Assembly: GCA_965215565.1 (NCBI GenBank)
Contig: CBDCDZ010000004.1
Span: 1,024,001 to 1,088,000 of the forward strand
Origin: Trueperaceae bacterium
GTDB taxonomy: Bacteria; Deinococcota; Deinococci; Deinococcales; Trueperaceae
Direction of reading: 5' to 3'
DNA length: 64,000 bases
Below are positions 63,641 to 64,000 of this stretch, one piece after another. Both the position numbers and the translations under genes were made by a program. The notes beneath the pieces were generated by a model. The model was not told the DNA's origin. It was given only the letters and a program-made list of their open reading frames with translations, and did not search any database. How positions within the stretch are numbered: the stretch's first letter is position 1; each line of letters opens with the position of its first letter.

Positions 63641-63666
63641 ATATACTCGCGCAGCTCTGATAAAGT

Positions 63667-63840
63667 TAGCAGGTATCATCTGGTCAGCTTGGGCGAAGCC
63701 ATGCGAAGCAACGCTCTCACCAAAGGGAACATCGTTTCCTTCGGAAAACTTCGTAATTAGCACGCACTTTAGATGATGATATCTGCGAAGAAGTGTTGCT
63801 TCGCATAGTTGCACTCAAGCAACGATAAGTGGAACTGCTA
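63667..63840 (+). repeat. Family-1 element with three 21-nt inserts (174 bp)
   Basis: 111+21+21+21 = 174. Confidence 0.88.
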
Positions 63841-63867
63841 AGTGAACTCAAAGGACGAGTGAACGCT

Positions 63868-64000
63868 ATGAATATCATCTGTCTGGGCGACGCCCTCATA
63901 GACTTCAAGGAAATCGACACGCTGACCTTTAAGGGTTTTGTGGGCGGCTCGCCCCTCAACGTGGCGGTGGCAGCGGCTCGGCTCGGCGAAACGGCGGGGT
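63868..64000 (+). CDS. PfkB-family carbohydrate kinase, N-terminus (truncated by window)
   Basis: MNIICLGDALIDF...GGSPLNVAVAAARLG. Confidence 0.85.
   Translation, partial: MNIICLGDALIDFKEIDTLTFKGFVGGSPLNVAVAAARLGETAG

Overview
A 64-kb, GC-rich chromosomal window, most likely from a Deinococcota bacterium (Truepera-like). Support: a tmRNA tag starting GN and ending ALAA, many leaderless genes with TAnnnT about 6 nt before the start codon, and Deinococcus-type intergenic repeats. It is mostly core and metabolic genes: cimA (frameshifted), gltB, a hybrid kinase/receiver pair, xdhABC, a peptide ABC transporter, dnaX-ybaB-recR, vapBC, topA, a GGDEF-EAL protein, upp-wecA-wecB, recO-plsY, a TetR-associated FMO/SDR and MFS/glycoside hydrolase/haloalkane-dehalogenase cluster, three tRNAs, rpsT and tmRNA. 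No transposase, prophage or CRISPR array was seen. The main unexplained structure is non-coding: 14 intergenic copies of a TA-flanked element with a 111-bp core, many expanded by discrete 21-27-nt hairpin micro-cassettes at fixed slots, some nested inside each other. Also notable: a complete -1 frameshift signal in dnaX where the long (tau-like) product needs the shift, a sigma70-region-4-like C-terminal domain on TopA, and strong CTCGAG enrichment. All calls were made by eye with no database searches.
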